DNA from: Gammaproteobacteria bacterium
GTDB taxonomy: Bacteria > Pseudomonadota > Gammaproteobacteria > Eutrophobiales > Eutrophobiaceae
Length of the DNA: 64,000 nucleotides
Direction of reading: 5' to 3'
Assembly: GCA_965221695.1 (NCBI GenBank)
Contig: OZ244905.1
Location: 128,001-192,000 of the forward strand
Below the pieces are notes generated by a model. That model did no database searches. It worked only from the letters and a program-made list of their open reading frames with translations, and was not told the origin of the DNA. Positions 9,472 to 19,445 of this stretch are shown here, piece after piece; position 1 is the first letter of the stretch; each line of letters opens with the position of its first letter. The position numbers and the translations under genes are program-made.

Positions 9472-12400
9472 ATGTGGCAATTCTGGATTGATCGCGGCGG
9501 CACTTTCACCGATATCGTCGCTAAATCTCCTGCTGGCCGATTGGTCAGCCATAAGCTCCTTTCGGAAAACCCGGAGCGTTACCAGGATGCGGCAATCCAA
9601 GGCATTCGCGACATACTGGGCCTGACGTCGGGCGCGCCGATCCCCCAGGACAGTATCGAGCATGTCAAGATGGGGACTACCGTCGCGACCAATGCGTTGC
9701 TGGAACGCAAGGGCGACCGCACGTTGTTTGTTACCACGCGGGGATTCGGTGATGCGCTGCGCATTGGTTACCAGGACCGCCCGCGTTTGTTTGATCTGCA
9801 TATTGTGTTCCCGAGCCTGCTGTATGAGCGTGTGGTTGAAGTGGATGAACGCGTCGATGCCCGGGGCGAGACGCTGCGTCCCCTGGATGAGGATCGCGTC
9901 AGGGCCGACCTTCAAGCAGCGTATGATGCCGGAATCAGGTCGGTGGCTGTTGTCTTTATGCACGGTTATCGCTATCCCGACCACGAACTGAGAGTAGGCG
10001 CAATCTGCAGGCAAATCGGTTTTACCAGGATTTCTCTTAGCCACACAACCAGCCCCTTGGTCAAATTGGTCGCGCGCGCCGACACGACCGTCGTTGACGC
10101 TTATTTGTCGCCATTGCTGCGCCGCTACGTGGAACAGGTAGCCGGTGAACTCGGCATTCAGGAGGGTTACGGTCCGCGCCTCATGTTTATGCAGTCTAAC
10201 GGGGGTCTCACCAACGCCCACCGCTTCCAAGGCAAGGATTCCATCTTCTCCGGTCCTGCGGGCGGGGTGGTAGGCATGGTCCGCACTGCCGAGTTGAGCG
10301 GCTTGCGCAGGTTGATCGGCTTCGATATGGGCGGCACGTCTACGGATGTCAGCCATTATGACGGTGAATACGAGCGCAGTTTTGAAACACTGGTGGCCGG
10401 CGCGCGCATGCGCGCGCCGATGATGCGCATTCATACGGTGGCGGCAGGTGGCGGCTCCATTCTTCATTTTGACGGTTCCCGCTTCCGGGTAGGGCCGGAC
10501 TCCGCCGGCGCCGACCCCGGTCCGGCCTGTTATCGGCGCGGCGGGCCGCTGACTGTAACTGATTGCAATGTCATGCTGGGAAAAATCCAGCCGGACTATT
10601 TTCCTGCCATTTTCGGCGCCGGCGGCGATAAAAAACTGGATCGGGCAACGGTGGCGCGGAAGTTTTCCGTCCTGGCGCAGCAGGTGTCCGCAATGCAGCG
10701 GAAAACAGTCAGCGCGGAAGATGTGGCCCAAGGTTTCCTGCGCATTGCAGTAGAAAACATGGCCAATGCGATCAAGAAGATCTCGTTGCAACGGGGCCAT
10801 GACGTCACCGGCTACACGCTGAATTGTTTCGGCAGCGCCGCCGGCCAGCACGCCTGCGCGGTTGCAGACACATTGGGCATGGAGCGTATTTTTCTGCATC
10901 CTTTGGCTGGTGTCTTGTCCGCATACGGCATGGGTCTGGCACAGATACGGGCGCTGCATGAAGCGCAGATAGACCTTGATTTTGTCGAAGATTCAGTGGC
11001 CGATGAGATTGCCGCGCGCAGCCGGCCGTTGGCCGACTCCGCACGCGCCGCAGTACTGGAACAGGGCGTGGATGGGCATAATATCTCCATCGTTGCCAGG
11101 GTTCACATGCGTTACCAGGGTTCCGACACCAGCTTACAAATCGAAGCGGGCAGCGCCGCGCAAATGCGTTTGGACTTTGAAGCCGCGCATCGCCGGCATT
11201 TTGGTTTTATCGCACGAGAACGTGGTCTGGTCATTGAGGCGTTGTCAGTAGAGGCCATTGGCGAGACCGAATCCGGGCTCGACCCGGAGTTGGATACGCC
11301 AACGGTAACGCAAGACCCATTCGTCCAGGAACTCGTCAGGATGTACTCAGGTGGGGAATGGAAGGACATACCCCTGTGCCTGCGCGCGGACCTGCAACCC
11401 GGACAAGCATTGGCCGGACCTGCCATCATTATCGAATCTACCGGGACGATTGTCGTGGAGCAGGGTTGGCGCGGCGCGCTGAACAGCCGAGGCCATTTAC
11501 TGCTGGAGCGTGTTATGGAACGGGCTCGTAGAGAAACAGTTCAAACCCATGCCAACCCGGTCATGTTGGAGGTATTCAATAATCTTTTCATGTCCATCGC
11601 CGAACAGATGGGCGTCACTTTGCAGAACACCGCATATTCCGTCAATATCAAGGAGCGTCTGGACTTTTCCTGCGCGTTGTTCAACGCCGAGGGCAACCTG
11701 GTGGCCAATGCGCCCCACATCCCCGTTCACCTGGGTTCTATGGGTGAATCGGTGAAATCCATTATCAATGCTAACCGAGGTAGGATACGGCCTGGCAATG
11801 TATACGCCCTCAATGCCCCTTATGCGGGCGGCACGCACTTGCCGGATGTGACCGTGATCACGCCTGCTTTTGATGACAAAAATGAAAACATCCTGTTCTA
11901 CCTGGCGGCGCGAGGACACCATGCCGATATCGGCGGTCGCACCCCGGGTTCGGCGCCACCGGACAGTATCCATATTGACGAGGAGGGCGTTCTCATCGAC
12001 AACTTCCTGTTGGTGGAGAATGGCCGTTTGCGTGAACAGGAACTTCGGGAACTGCTGGGTTCGGGTCCGTATCCTTGCCGTAATATCGACCAGAATCTGG
12101 CGGACCTATCAGCACAAATCGCTGCCAATGAGACCGGTCTTAACGAACTGCGAAAAATAGTTGGACGCTATGGCGTCAATGTAGTGAATGCTTATATGCG
12201 GCATGTGCAGGACAACGCGGAACAGTCAGTGCGGCGCGTTATGGCAGTGTTGCGCGACGGTAAGTTTGAATATCCCATGGATCAGGGCTGTATGATTAAG
12301 GTCAGCATATCGGTTGATCGCGAGCGGCGTGAGGCAACCATCGACTTCTCAGGCACATCCGTACAGAACCCGACCAACTACAACGCCCCGAGCGCGGTGT

Positions 12401-13110
12401 GCAAGGCTGCGATCCTGTATGTGTTGCGGACCCTGGTCAACGATGAAATTCCGCTGAATCAAGGTTGCCTGAAGCCCGTAAAACTCATCCTGCCGGAACG
12501 CTCGATGATTACGCCGGAATATCCCGCAGCGGTGATGGCGGGAAATATCGAGGTTTCTCAGGCCATTGCCAACGCTTTATACGGCGCGCTCGGTGTGATG
12601 GCGGCGTCGCAAGGCACCATGAACAACGTTTTCTACGGCAACGACCGCTACCAGAACTATGATACCGTATGTGGCGGCGCAGGAGCGGGCCCGGATCACC
12701 CGGGCGCCGACGCAGTGCACAGTCATATGACTAACACCCGCATGACCGACCCCGAAATATTGGAATTGCGTTTTCCGATACGCGTGGATGAATTTTCCAT
12801 ACGGCAGGGTTCAGGCGGCGCCGGCAATTTTTGCGGCGGCAACGGCGTGACACGCAAGTTGCATTTCCTGGAGCCTATGACAGTCACCATGTTGAGTTCT
12901 CACCGGTTGACGCCGCCCTTCGGCTTGGCGGGCGGAAAGCCGGGCCGGTGCGGAAATAACTATGTGGCGCGGGCTGATGGTGAATATATACAGCTAAAAG
13001 GCGATGACGAGGTCGAGCTCAATGCCGGCGATGTGTTCGTCATGGAAACTCCGGGGGGCGGGGGCTATGGCAAGCGGCCGTTGGATAATATAGAATTGAG
13101 GGACCTCTGA
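9472..13110 (+). CDS. Fused hydantoinase A/B / ATP-dependent 5-oxoprolinase family protein
   Basis: IDRGGTFTD, MGTTVATNALLERKG, SGPAGG, DMGGTSTD, SVNIKERLDFSCA, HIPVHLG, GTHLPD and TPGGGGYG motifs; 1212 aa. Confidence 0.95.
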   Translation: MWQFWIDRGGTFTDIVAKSPAGRLVSHKLLSENPERYQDAAIQGIRDILGLTSGAPIPQDSIEHVKMGTTVATNALLERKGDRTLFVTTRGFGDALRIGYQDRPRLFDLHIVFPSLLYERVVEVDERVDARGETLRPLDEDRVRADLQAAYDAGIRSVAVVFMHGYRYPDHELRVGAICRQIGFTRISLSHTTSPLVKLVARADTTVVDAYLSPLLRRYVEQVAGELGIQEGYGPRLMFMQSNGGLTNAHRFQGKDSIFSGPAGGVVGMVRTAELSGLRRLIGFDMGGTSTDVSHYDGEYERSFETLVAGARMRAPMMRIHTVAAGGGSILHFDGSRFRVGPDSAGADPGPACYRRGGPLTVTDCNVMLGKIQPDYFPAIFGAGGDKKLDRATVARKFSVLAQQVSAMQRKTVSAEDVAQGFLRIAVENMANAIKKISLQRGHDVTGYTLNCFGSAAGQHACAVADTLGMERIFLHPLAGVLSAYGMGLAQIRALHEAQIDLDFVEDSVADEIAARSRPLADSARAAVLEQGVDGHNISIVARVHMRYQGSDTSLQIEAGSAAQMRLDFEAAHRRHFGFIARERGLVIEALSVEAIGETESGLDPELDTPTVTQDPFVQELVRMYSGGEWKDIPLCLRADLQPGQALAGPAIIIESTGTIVVEQGWRGALNSRGHLLLERVMERARRETVQTHANPVMLEVFNNLFMSIAEQMGVTLQNTAYSVNIKERLDFSCALFNAEGNLVANAPHIPVHLGSMGESVKSIINANRGRIRPGNVYALNAPYAGGTHLPDVTVITPAFDDKNENILFYLAARGHHADIGGRTPGSAPPDSIHIDEEGVLIDNFLLVENGRLREQELRELLGSGPYPCRNIDQNLADLSAQIAANETGLNELRKIVGRYGVNVVNAYMRHVQDNAEQSVRRVMAVLRDGKFEYPMDQGCMIKVSISVDRERREATIDFSGTSVQNPTNYNAPSAVCKAAILYVLRTLVNDEIPLNQGCLKPVKLILPERSMITPEYPAAVMAGNIEVSQAIANALYGALGVMAASQGTMNNVFYGNDRYQNYDTVCGGAGAGPDHPGADAVHSHMTNTRMTDPEILELRFPIRVDEFSIRQGSGGAGNFCGGNGVTRKLHFLEPMTVTMLSSHRLTPPFGLAGGKPGRCGNNYVARADGEYIQLKGDDEVELNAGDVFVMETPGGGGYGKRPLDNIELRDL

Positions 13111-13124
13111 CTTAATCAGAAGTT
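13101..13124. repeat. MITE fragment (right-end hairpin), supplies the oxoprolinase stop codon
   Basis: ggacctctgacttaatcagaagtt; the TGA at 13108-13110 lies inside it. Confidence 0.7.
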
Positions 13125-13142
13125 ACTTGAATAACTACTACC

Positions 13143-14264
13143 ATGTCTATCTATAATACGATAAAAAAAATCGATCAGACCCGGCGCGGCTTGTTGGCGG
13201 CGCTGACCGGCGGCGCCTTGACTGGCGTATCGGCGCTTGCCGCCAAACGCGCTGTTGCGGCTTCCGAGGCTGCGAAAACGCAGGACTTGCCTGCCAATGC
13301 GCTGGCAGACCTGAACAAAAAAGGAATGCAATTGATCATTACCGGCTCCGGTTCGGCGTTGCCGGACCCGCTGCGGGGTGGGGCCAGTTGCGCGGTCATC
13401 GTCGATGGCACGGTTTTGCAATTCGATTGCGGCCGCCGAGTCCTTGAGAACCTGATGCTGGTCGGGGTCAACCCGATGAAAATCGACCACATGTTCTTTA
13501 CCCACCTGCATTTCGACCATATCTCCGACTATGATTACTACGCGATTACCAACTGGATCGCCGGCAGACAGGATACGGTATATGTTTACGGCCCCGCCGG
13601 AACACAACAAATGTCGGAAGGCGCCATCCGGCACATGCACGCGATGAACGTTGATTTTATCGGAACGATTCTCAAGCATTGGCCGCCGCACATGACGGCG
13701 CGCCCACGCCAGACGCCTCCTTATGAAGTTCTGGATATCGGTCCAGGCACGGTACTGGAGACCGACCATTTCAAGGTTTCCTGCCTGGAGACAAAACACC
13801 TTCCTGATCCCTCGGTGAAAAGCCTGGGCTACCGGGTTGATTCGGATTACGGCTCCGTTGCGATCAGCGGCGATACTGCTGTTTCCGAAGGAATGAAAAC
13901 CCTGGCCAAGGACGTCGACATCCTGGTGCACGAATGCGTCAAACCGGATCTGGGCATGACGTCCGGCGGCAAGTTCAGCCTTAAAGACTTTCATAAAGAG
14001 GAGTTGATGAAGGAACGTCCCCAGACCGGCCATACCAGTCCGACACAACTGGGGCAGTTAGCCAGGGAGGTGAACGCGAAAAAACTGATTGCCTACCACC
14101 TTGCGCCCTACACCAGCGTCCCGGCGGCGATCGAGATGTCCAGTATGTATCTTGGCCCCAGCCCGGGGCGGTCGATCTGGGGAAAATTTTTACACGCGAT
14201 GAAACAACAGTACGACGGTCCGGTCATCCTAGCGGAAGACCGGATGATATTCAGCCTGGATTAG
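13143..14264 (+). CDS. Tat-exported MBL-fold hydrolase (RNase Z/AtsA arylsulfatase-like)
   Basis: TRRGLL twin-arginine signal; ITGSGSALP, FDCG, THLHFDH, SGDT, LVHE, GHT and YHL motifs. Confidence 0.8.
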   Translation: MSIYNTIKKIDQTRRGLLAALTGGALTGVSALAAKRAVAASEAAKTQDLPANALADLNKKGMQLIITGSGSALPDPLRGGASCAVIVDGTVLQFDCGRRVLENLMLVGVNPMKIDHMFFTHLHFDHISDYDYYAITNWIAGRQDTVYVYGPAGTQQMSEGAIRHMHAMNVDFIGTILKHWPPHMTARPRQTPPYEVLDIGPGTVLETDHFKVSCLETKHLPDPSVKSLGYRVDSDYGSVAISGDTAVSEGMKTLAKDVDILVHECVKPDLGMTSGGKFSLKDFHKEELMKERPQTGHTSPTQLGQLAREVNAKKLIAYHLAPYTSVPAAIEMSSMYLGPSPGRSIWGKFLHAMKQQYDGPVILAEDRMIFSLD

Positions 14265-14369
14265 TAATGTCTTGATTCTCCCAGTCATTCCCTGACTTAT
14301 TCCTTTTTGCCCTCCTTGCCGAAATAAAACCTCGGGGGTTGAACGACATATGCATACCTCCAGCGATAT

Positions 14370-14386
14370 GGACTTGTCAGAGGTTC
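14370..14386. repeat. Short MITE remnant
   Basis: ggacttgtcagaggttc joins 3' arms of the element's end hairpins. Confidence 0.5.
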
Positions 14387-14507
14387 GCTAGATACTGATT
14401 GTCAAAATCAATCCATCACTGGACAGAGGGTGGATTCGATCCCGCTGAATCCAGTTTGCCGTCTCAAAAATCTGTCTCGTTATTCATCGTTCAGAGTTAG
14501 AAGTAAA

Positions 14508-14658
14508 GGAAACTCTGAACAAGTCCATCCTGGACTTGTCAGAGTACGGAAAACAAAAATGCGATTTTTGTTTTCCTCACAAAATCAATGCCTTACTGAC
14601 ATTGATTTTGACGATACATCCTTGTATCGTAGAAACCTCTGACTCAATCAGAGGTTCC
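14508..14658. mobile_element. 151-bp MITE-like element, full copy 1 (five tandem hairpins, IS5-like ends)
   Basis: Ends GGAAACTCTGA...TCAGAGGTTCC; flanks TAAA/TTAA; 143/151 identical to the reverse complement of 40548-40698. Confidence 0.85.
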
Positions 14659-14684
14659 TTAAGTTATATGTTTTCATATGGGAT

Positions 14685-14713
14685 ATGACAGGTCGTGTGG
14701 TTGTATCTATAAT
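14685..14713 (+). promoter_or_regulatory. Putative sigma70 promoter
   Basis: ATGACA-N17-TATAAT, ending 37 nt before the aminotransferase start. Confidence 0.45.
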
Positions 14714-14750
14714 ATGAACTTGTCAAATACGTTAATCGGATAGAACTGAT

Positions 14751-16127
14751 ATGGCAGAAACTGCCAGAAGAACAAATGAATGGCAACAGGCGGATGTGGA
14801 CAATTACCTGCATCCGTTTACCGATTACAAGGCGTTACTTGACGAAAAAGCGCTGGTTATCACGCGCGGGAATGGTTGTTACGTTTGGGACAGCGACGAT
14901 AACAGGTACCTGGACGGACTGGCCGGCTTGGCTTGTGTCAATATTGGTTACGGCCGGGCTGAACTGGGACAGGCTGCCGCGGCGCAAATGGCGGAATTGA
15001 GCTATTTCAACAGTTTTTTCAAGTCGACGAATCCCAAGGCAATAACCTTGGCCGAAAAACTGGTTGAGATAACGCCGGATGCATTGAATCACGTCTTCTT
15101 CGCCAACTCCGGTTCCGAGGCAAACGATACCGCGTTGCGCATGGTAAGACAGTATTGGATGCTTGAAGGGCGGCCGGAAAAGCAGACGGTGATCGCCCGG
15201 GAGATGTCCTATCATGGCAGTACCGTGGCGTCCGGCGCCTTGTCAGGCATGCCGTGGATGCATGAACAAGCCGCCGTAATGCCCGATGTTGAACATATTC
15301 AGTGTCCATACCAATTTCAGTATGGCCGGGATATGAGCGAGGAAGAGTTCGGGACGCTCGCTGCGCGCTGGCTCGAAGACAGGATTCTGGCGACCGGCCC
15401 TGAGAAGGTGGCTGCGTTTTTTGCCGAACCGGTGCAAGGGGCCGGCGGCGCAAAGATACCGCCGCGGAACTATTTCGCAGAAATCCGGAAGATCTGCAGC
15501 AAATATGATGTATTGCTGGTTATAGATGAGGTGATTACCGGGTTTGGCCGGACCGGAAAATGGTTCGCCAGCGATCTTTTGCAGATAGAACAGGTGGACT
15601 TGATGTGTGTCGCCAAGGGAATCACCTCCGGCTACCTGCCACTCTCTGCGGTTATGGTCGGCGACCGGATAGCGGATACGCTGGTCGAAAAAGGTGGTGA
15701 GTTCTATCACGGATTTACCTATTCCGGCCATCCGGTGAGTTGCGCAGTGGCCCTTGAAAATATGCGCATCCTGGACGAAGAGGGAATAATCCGGCAGGTT
15801 GGGGAAGTGACCGGACCCTACCTGAAACAACGTTTGGCAGCATTGTCCGGGTCGCCGCTGGTAGCAGAGACGCGCAGTTGCGGCATGATTGCCGCGGTCG
15901 AACTGGTGAGGGATAGCGATACCATGGAACCGATTGCGGACAATATGGAAGACACTGAGCGGTTTACTGAAGTGTTTCGCGACCTGTGTCTCGAACAGAG
16001 GATTATCGTGCGCCCGATTGGCTCAACGATCATGCTGTGTCCGCCGTTGATCATTGCAGAACAGGAAATCGACTTCCTGGTGGAAAAAATGCAAACTGCC
16101 CTGGAGAGGTTTGAGAAGATTCTCTAG
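14751..16127 (+). CDS. Class III PLP aminotransferase (omega-amine/putrescine:pyruvate, SpuC-like)
   Basis: HPFT, YLDGLAGL, SGSEAND, SYHGST, EPVQGAGG, DEVITGFGRTG, AKGITSGY (PLP Lys) and HGFTYSGHP motifs. Confidence 0.9.
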   Translation: MAETARRTNEWQQADVDNYLHPFTDYKALLDEKALVITRGNGCYVWDSDDNRYLDGLAGLACVNIGYGRAELGQAAAAQMAELSYFNSFFKSTNPKAITLAEKLVEITPDALNHVFFANSGSEANDTALRMVRQYWMLEGRPEKQTVIAREMSYHGSTVASGALSGMPWMHEQAAVMPDVEHIQCPYQFQYGRDMSEEEFGTLAARWLEDRILATGPEKVAAFFAEPVQGAGGAKIPPRNYFAEIRKICSKYDVLLVIDEVITGFGRTGKWFASDLLQIEQVDLMCVAKGITSGYLPLSAVMVGDRIADTLVEKGGEFYHGFTYSGHPVSCAVALENMRILDEEGIIRQVGEVTGPYLKQRLAALSGSPLVAETRSCGMIAAVELVRDSDTMEPIADNMEDTERFTEVFRDLCLEQRIIVRPIGSTIMLCPPLIIAEQEIDFLVEKMQTALERFEKIL

Positions 16128-16197
16128 CGAGGGCGCATACGGCGCGGTTTGTAACAGCACGAAAGCGAACTGCTGTTATCTCCGGGATAACCAAATG

Positions 16198-17397
16198 CTA
16201 TGTCCAGGATCGCAATGTCCTGAGAGCAACCTCGTTTTCGATTTGTTTCGGCGCTGGCTGCGGACCAACAGGCAATGATTGTCCGTCTTTTGCCAGGCAG
16301 GCCAGGGACAGGGATTGCAGCGCCAGGCCCAGATCCATGATTTCGATGGGATTGCCGTCGCCGGCGGTCAGGTTGACCGAGTTGCCTTCACCCAACAGGT
16401 AGACAGTTTTGCCATTATCCAGCTTGAATTTCCGTATTTCCGGCATTATCGAGTCTGATACGACTGACAGTTCGCGTAGTCCTGCCAAGTCAATCTCTGT
16501 TTCAAACATGCCGGCGTTGCAAAGAACCGCGCCGTCCTTCAGTAGTGTCAGGTCCTCGCGGCTTAGCGCGCCCGGCCTGCCGGTGACTGTGATGACGAAA
16601 TCGCCGAAAGGCAAAGCCTGGCGCAACTCAGCCGTATCATAACCTTCTGTATGCGCTTCCAGGCGCGTCAGTGGGTCAATGTCGACGACAGTCACGCGCG
16701 CGCCTAGGCCGCGCAAGGCGCGTGCGATCCCCTGGCCGCAGAAACCATAGCCTACCAGGATGACGCGCTTGCCGCCAAGTAACAGGTTGGAGCAGCGCAT
16801 GATGCCGTCAACCACCGACTGGCCGACGCCGTATCGGTTTTCGATGATGCGTTTTGCCCGGCTGTCATTGATGACGATAGTGGGAAATAAGTGTCCCGCG
16901 AGCTCCTCGCGCAAGCGGAAGCCGCCGGTGGTGGTCTCTTCGGTAGCGCCGATTATCCTTGACTTGATCCCGGAGAAATCCGGATTGGTCAACGCCAGCA
17001 TATGCATGTCCGCGCCGTTGTCTGCGATCAGATCGGGTTCAGTGGCCAGCGCTCGCGCCGCGTATCCCAGATGTTGCGCATACGTTTCAGTTTTCCTGGC
17101 AAATACCTGTACGCCGTATTCCGCTACCAGCGCCGCAGCCACCTCATCCTGGGTGGTTCCCGGACTGCCGGTAATCGCGATCTTTGCGCCACCGCTGATC
17201 AATGCCTCCAGCCAGACACCGGTTTTCGCTTCAACATGCAGGCAGATGCCAATACGCATATCTGCGAACGGCCTGGTCCGGGCAAAGTCCTCTTTTATTT
17301 CGCGTAGTATCGGCATTCGCGCCCGCACCCAGTCCATACGCCGCAAACCTTGACGCGCCAGACCAATGTCTTCTATCTCGTATGATAAATCAGTCAT
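16198..17397 (-). CDS. Adenosylhomocysteinase-family protein, divergent paralogue
   Basis: CLHVEAKT, TQDEVA, EETTTG, INDS..K...ENRYG and GYGFCGQG NAD motif; several canonical active-site residues are changed. Confidence 0.85.
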   Translation of the reverse strand: MTDLSYEIEDIGLARQGLRRMDWVRARMPILREIKEDFARTRPFADMRIGICLHVEAKTGVWLEALISGGAKIAITGSPGTTQDEVAAALVAEYGVQVFARKTETYAQHLGYAARALATEPDLIADNGADMHMLALTNPDFSGIKSRIIGATEETTTGGFRLREELAGHLFPTIVINDSRAKRIIENRYGVGQSVVDGIMRCSNLLLGGKRVILVGYGFCGQGIARALRGLGARVTVVDIDPLTRLEAHTEGYDTAELRQALPFGDFVITVTGRPGALSREDLTLLKDGAVLCNAGMFETEIDLAGLRELSVVSDSIMPEIRKFKLDNGKTVYLLGEGNSVNLTAGDGNPIEIMDLGLALQSLSLACLAKDGQSLPVGPQPAPKQIENEVALRTLRSWT

Positions 17398-17401
17398 TCA
17401 A

Positions 17402-18925
17402 TCATAAGACGCGCCCGAAACCTGGTTTGCCGTTCTCGACGACAAAACGCGCCAGGTCAAAGGCTTCAGATTGCGCATCTCTTACATTATCTATCGCTCG
17501 TGCGGTTGCCAGCCACTCCTTTGCATTGACTTCATGCAGCAGATAGCCGCGTTTATCCGGCTCGTAGAATTTTATCTGTGGGTTACGGGCCAGGTTGTCT
17601 GTTATAGGCTGATCCATCTGTTCTGGCCAGTTGGCCGAAATGGAGGATACCACAAACTCCACTCCTGGAAATCGCTCGGCTGCCACGCCGGACCGTGTTC
17701 CGTCAATCGCCCAGAAAGAGTGCATATCACCGCTCAGGACTACTGCCTGACCGGCGCGGCTCCGCCTGATGGCGCTGACGACCCTGTCTCTGTTTGCCGG
17801 GTAACCGTCCCAGGAACCCGTAAAGTTGAGGGTTTTATTGCCGATGTCCAAGTGGAAGGGTGAAAACACGCTGGTGGATGCAATCACATTCCATGCTGAT
17901 TTGTTGCTCGCTATGCTTTCCGCTAACGACCGTTCCTGGGTATCCCCCAGCATGCTGCGTTCTTTATCGAATATTCCAGGACAACGTTCACGGTAGTTGC
18001 CGAAGCCGTATGCAGGATTGTTATTGCTGCAGAGATACTGGTTGTCACGGAATTGGCGGGTGTCCAGCAGGTTAAGCTGAATAATGTCCCCGACGTGAAT
18101 AGTTCTTTGGAGCTCAAACCGGTCGTCACCGGGGTTGCTGTAACCACGAACCGGCATGTGTTCATACCATGCCTGGTAGGCGGCGGCTTTTATCGCCAAT
18201 TTGGCCGGGTCGGTATCAATAACGGCATCGTGGTTATCCAGTATCGAAAAAAAAGGCAACCTGGCATGGGCCCGTTGCAGGGATTCATCGGTTTTGTACA
18301 ACGCGTGCCGGCGCCGGTAACCGTCAAGCGTCAGCGGCATGTCCTCAGTCTCGTGTCTCCTGAAGTTTACACCGTAGGATGTTTCATAGATGTAGTCGCC
18401 CAGGTGGATGACAAAATCCGGATTGTCTGTAATGATATGGTCGTAAGCGATGAAATAGCCGTGCGCATAATTCTGGCAGGATGCCGTGATAAAACGGATG
18501 GGTTTCGTTTGACTGCCGAGCGCGGGAAGAGTCCTGGTGCGGCCCGGTTTTGAGACGTGAGCCCCCGCGCTGAAGCGATACCAGTATACCCGCCCCGGTT
18601 CCAGGCCCTGGATATCGACATGAACCGAATGGGCCAGTTGGGGAACAGCCGATTGCTCGCCGCTCCTGATGAGTTGCCGCATGTCCTCATCCTGGAATAA
18701 CTCCCAACGCACCGGAATGGCGTCCTGGCCGAGCCCGCCATCTGCGACCAACGGTTCCGCCGCAAGCCGGGTCCAGAGTATCACCGAATCCTGTGTGACA
18801 TCCCCGGAAGCGACACCCAGCGTAAACGGATTCCTGGCTAGGTTGGTATCTGCAACAAGCGGCGCCGAAACCTTTGTTGCCGCCAACCCCAGGGTTGAGT
18901 TGATGATGAAATCGCGTCTTTTCAT
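17402..18925 (-). CDS. phoD: Alkaline phosphatase D (Tat-exported)
   Basis: MKRRDF Tat signal; PFTLGVASGD, ASCQ, HLGDYIYE, DNHD, LDTRQFR, WDGY and LSGDMH motifs. Confidence 0.9.
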   Translation of the reverse strand: MKRRDFIINSTLGLAATKVSAPLVADTNLARNPFTLGVASGDVTQDSVILWTRLAAEPLVADGGLGQDAIPVRWELFQDEDMRQLIRSGEQSAVPQLAHSVHVDIQGLEPGRVYWYRFSAGAHVSKPGRTRTLPALGSQTKPIRFITASCQNYAHGYFIAYDHIITDNPDFVIHLGDYIYETSYGVNFRRHETEDMPLTLDGYRRRHALYKTDESLQRAHARLPFFSILDNHDAVIDTDPAKLAIKAAAYQAWYEHMPVRGYSNPGDDRFELQRTIHVGDIIQLNLLDTRQFRDNQYLCSNNNPAYGFGNYRERCPGIFDKERSMLGDTQERSLAESIASNKSAWNVIASTSVFSPFHLDIGNKTLNFTGSWDGYPANRDRVVSAIRRSRAGQAVVLSGDMHSFWAIDGTRSGVAAERFPGVEFVVSSISANWPEQMDQPITDNLARNPQIKFYEPDKRGYLLHEVNAKEWLATARAIDNVRDAQSEAFDLARFVVENGKPGFGRVL

Positions 18926-18968
18926 TCGAGGTATAATACTACTCCCTTTCTCATTCCGGGCAATCATT

Positions 18969-19445
18969 ATGCCGTTAAACAAGCTGGATGCAGCCGCTAT
19001 GGAAGCAGTGATGCGTGAATACTACGACGGATGCAATGAGGCAGATGAAGAGAAGATAATGCGCTGTTTTACAATTGATGCGGTCCATTATTTTCCGCCG
19101 GGCATGTACGAGGGACCGTTCCGCGGCGCCGGAAAGATTGCAGAACGCTGGCGCGCAGCCGTGGAAAACGGTGGATCATACTGGACCATAGACGCTATGC
19201 TCATCGATACGGACAAGGCTGAGGCAGTGATCGAATGGACTCATTTCAAGACCAACCAAGGGACAATCCTGCGCGGCGCGGAATGGGTCGTGTTCGACAG
19301 GGATACAGGATTGATGAAAGAGATCCGGGCCTATTATGCCTCTCCGCAGGCTACGGGCCTGGAGCGTCTTGAATTGGGAGGATTTGACTACGCGGCACGC
19401 GGTTACAAACTGGTCTCCCCAAGGAGCCGTTCAAATCGTCAGTAG
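18969..19445 (+). CDS. SnoaL/NTF2-like protein
   Basis: 158 aa; YYDGCN...FTIDAVHY, AVIEWT, RGAEWVVF and IRAYY pattern; divergent from phoD. Confidence 0.7.
   Translation: MPLNKLDAAAMEAVMREYYDGCNEADEEKIMRCFTIDAVHYFPPGMYEGPFRGAGKIAERWRAAVENGGSYWTIDAMLIDTDKAEAVIEWTHFKTNQGTILRGAEWVVFDRDTGLMKEIRAYYASPQATGLERLELGGFDYAARGYKLVSPRSRSNRQ

Noticed and set aside
9466-10959. 497-aa minus-strand ORF and other long antisense ORFs (942-1766, 13116-14048, 21138-22025, 24647-25516, 36851-37771)
   Set aside because: Shadow frames of well-supported genes in GC-rich DNA, with no recognisable motifs.
14430-14642. 70-aa ORF
   Set aside because: Lies mostly within the MITE; the second copy gives no support for coding.
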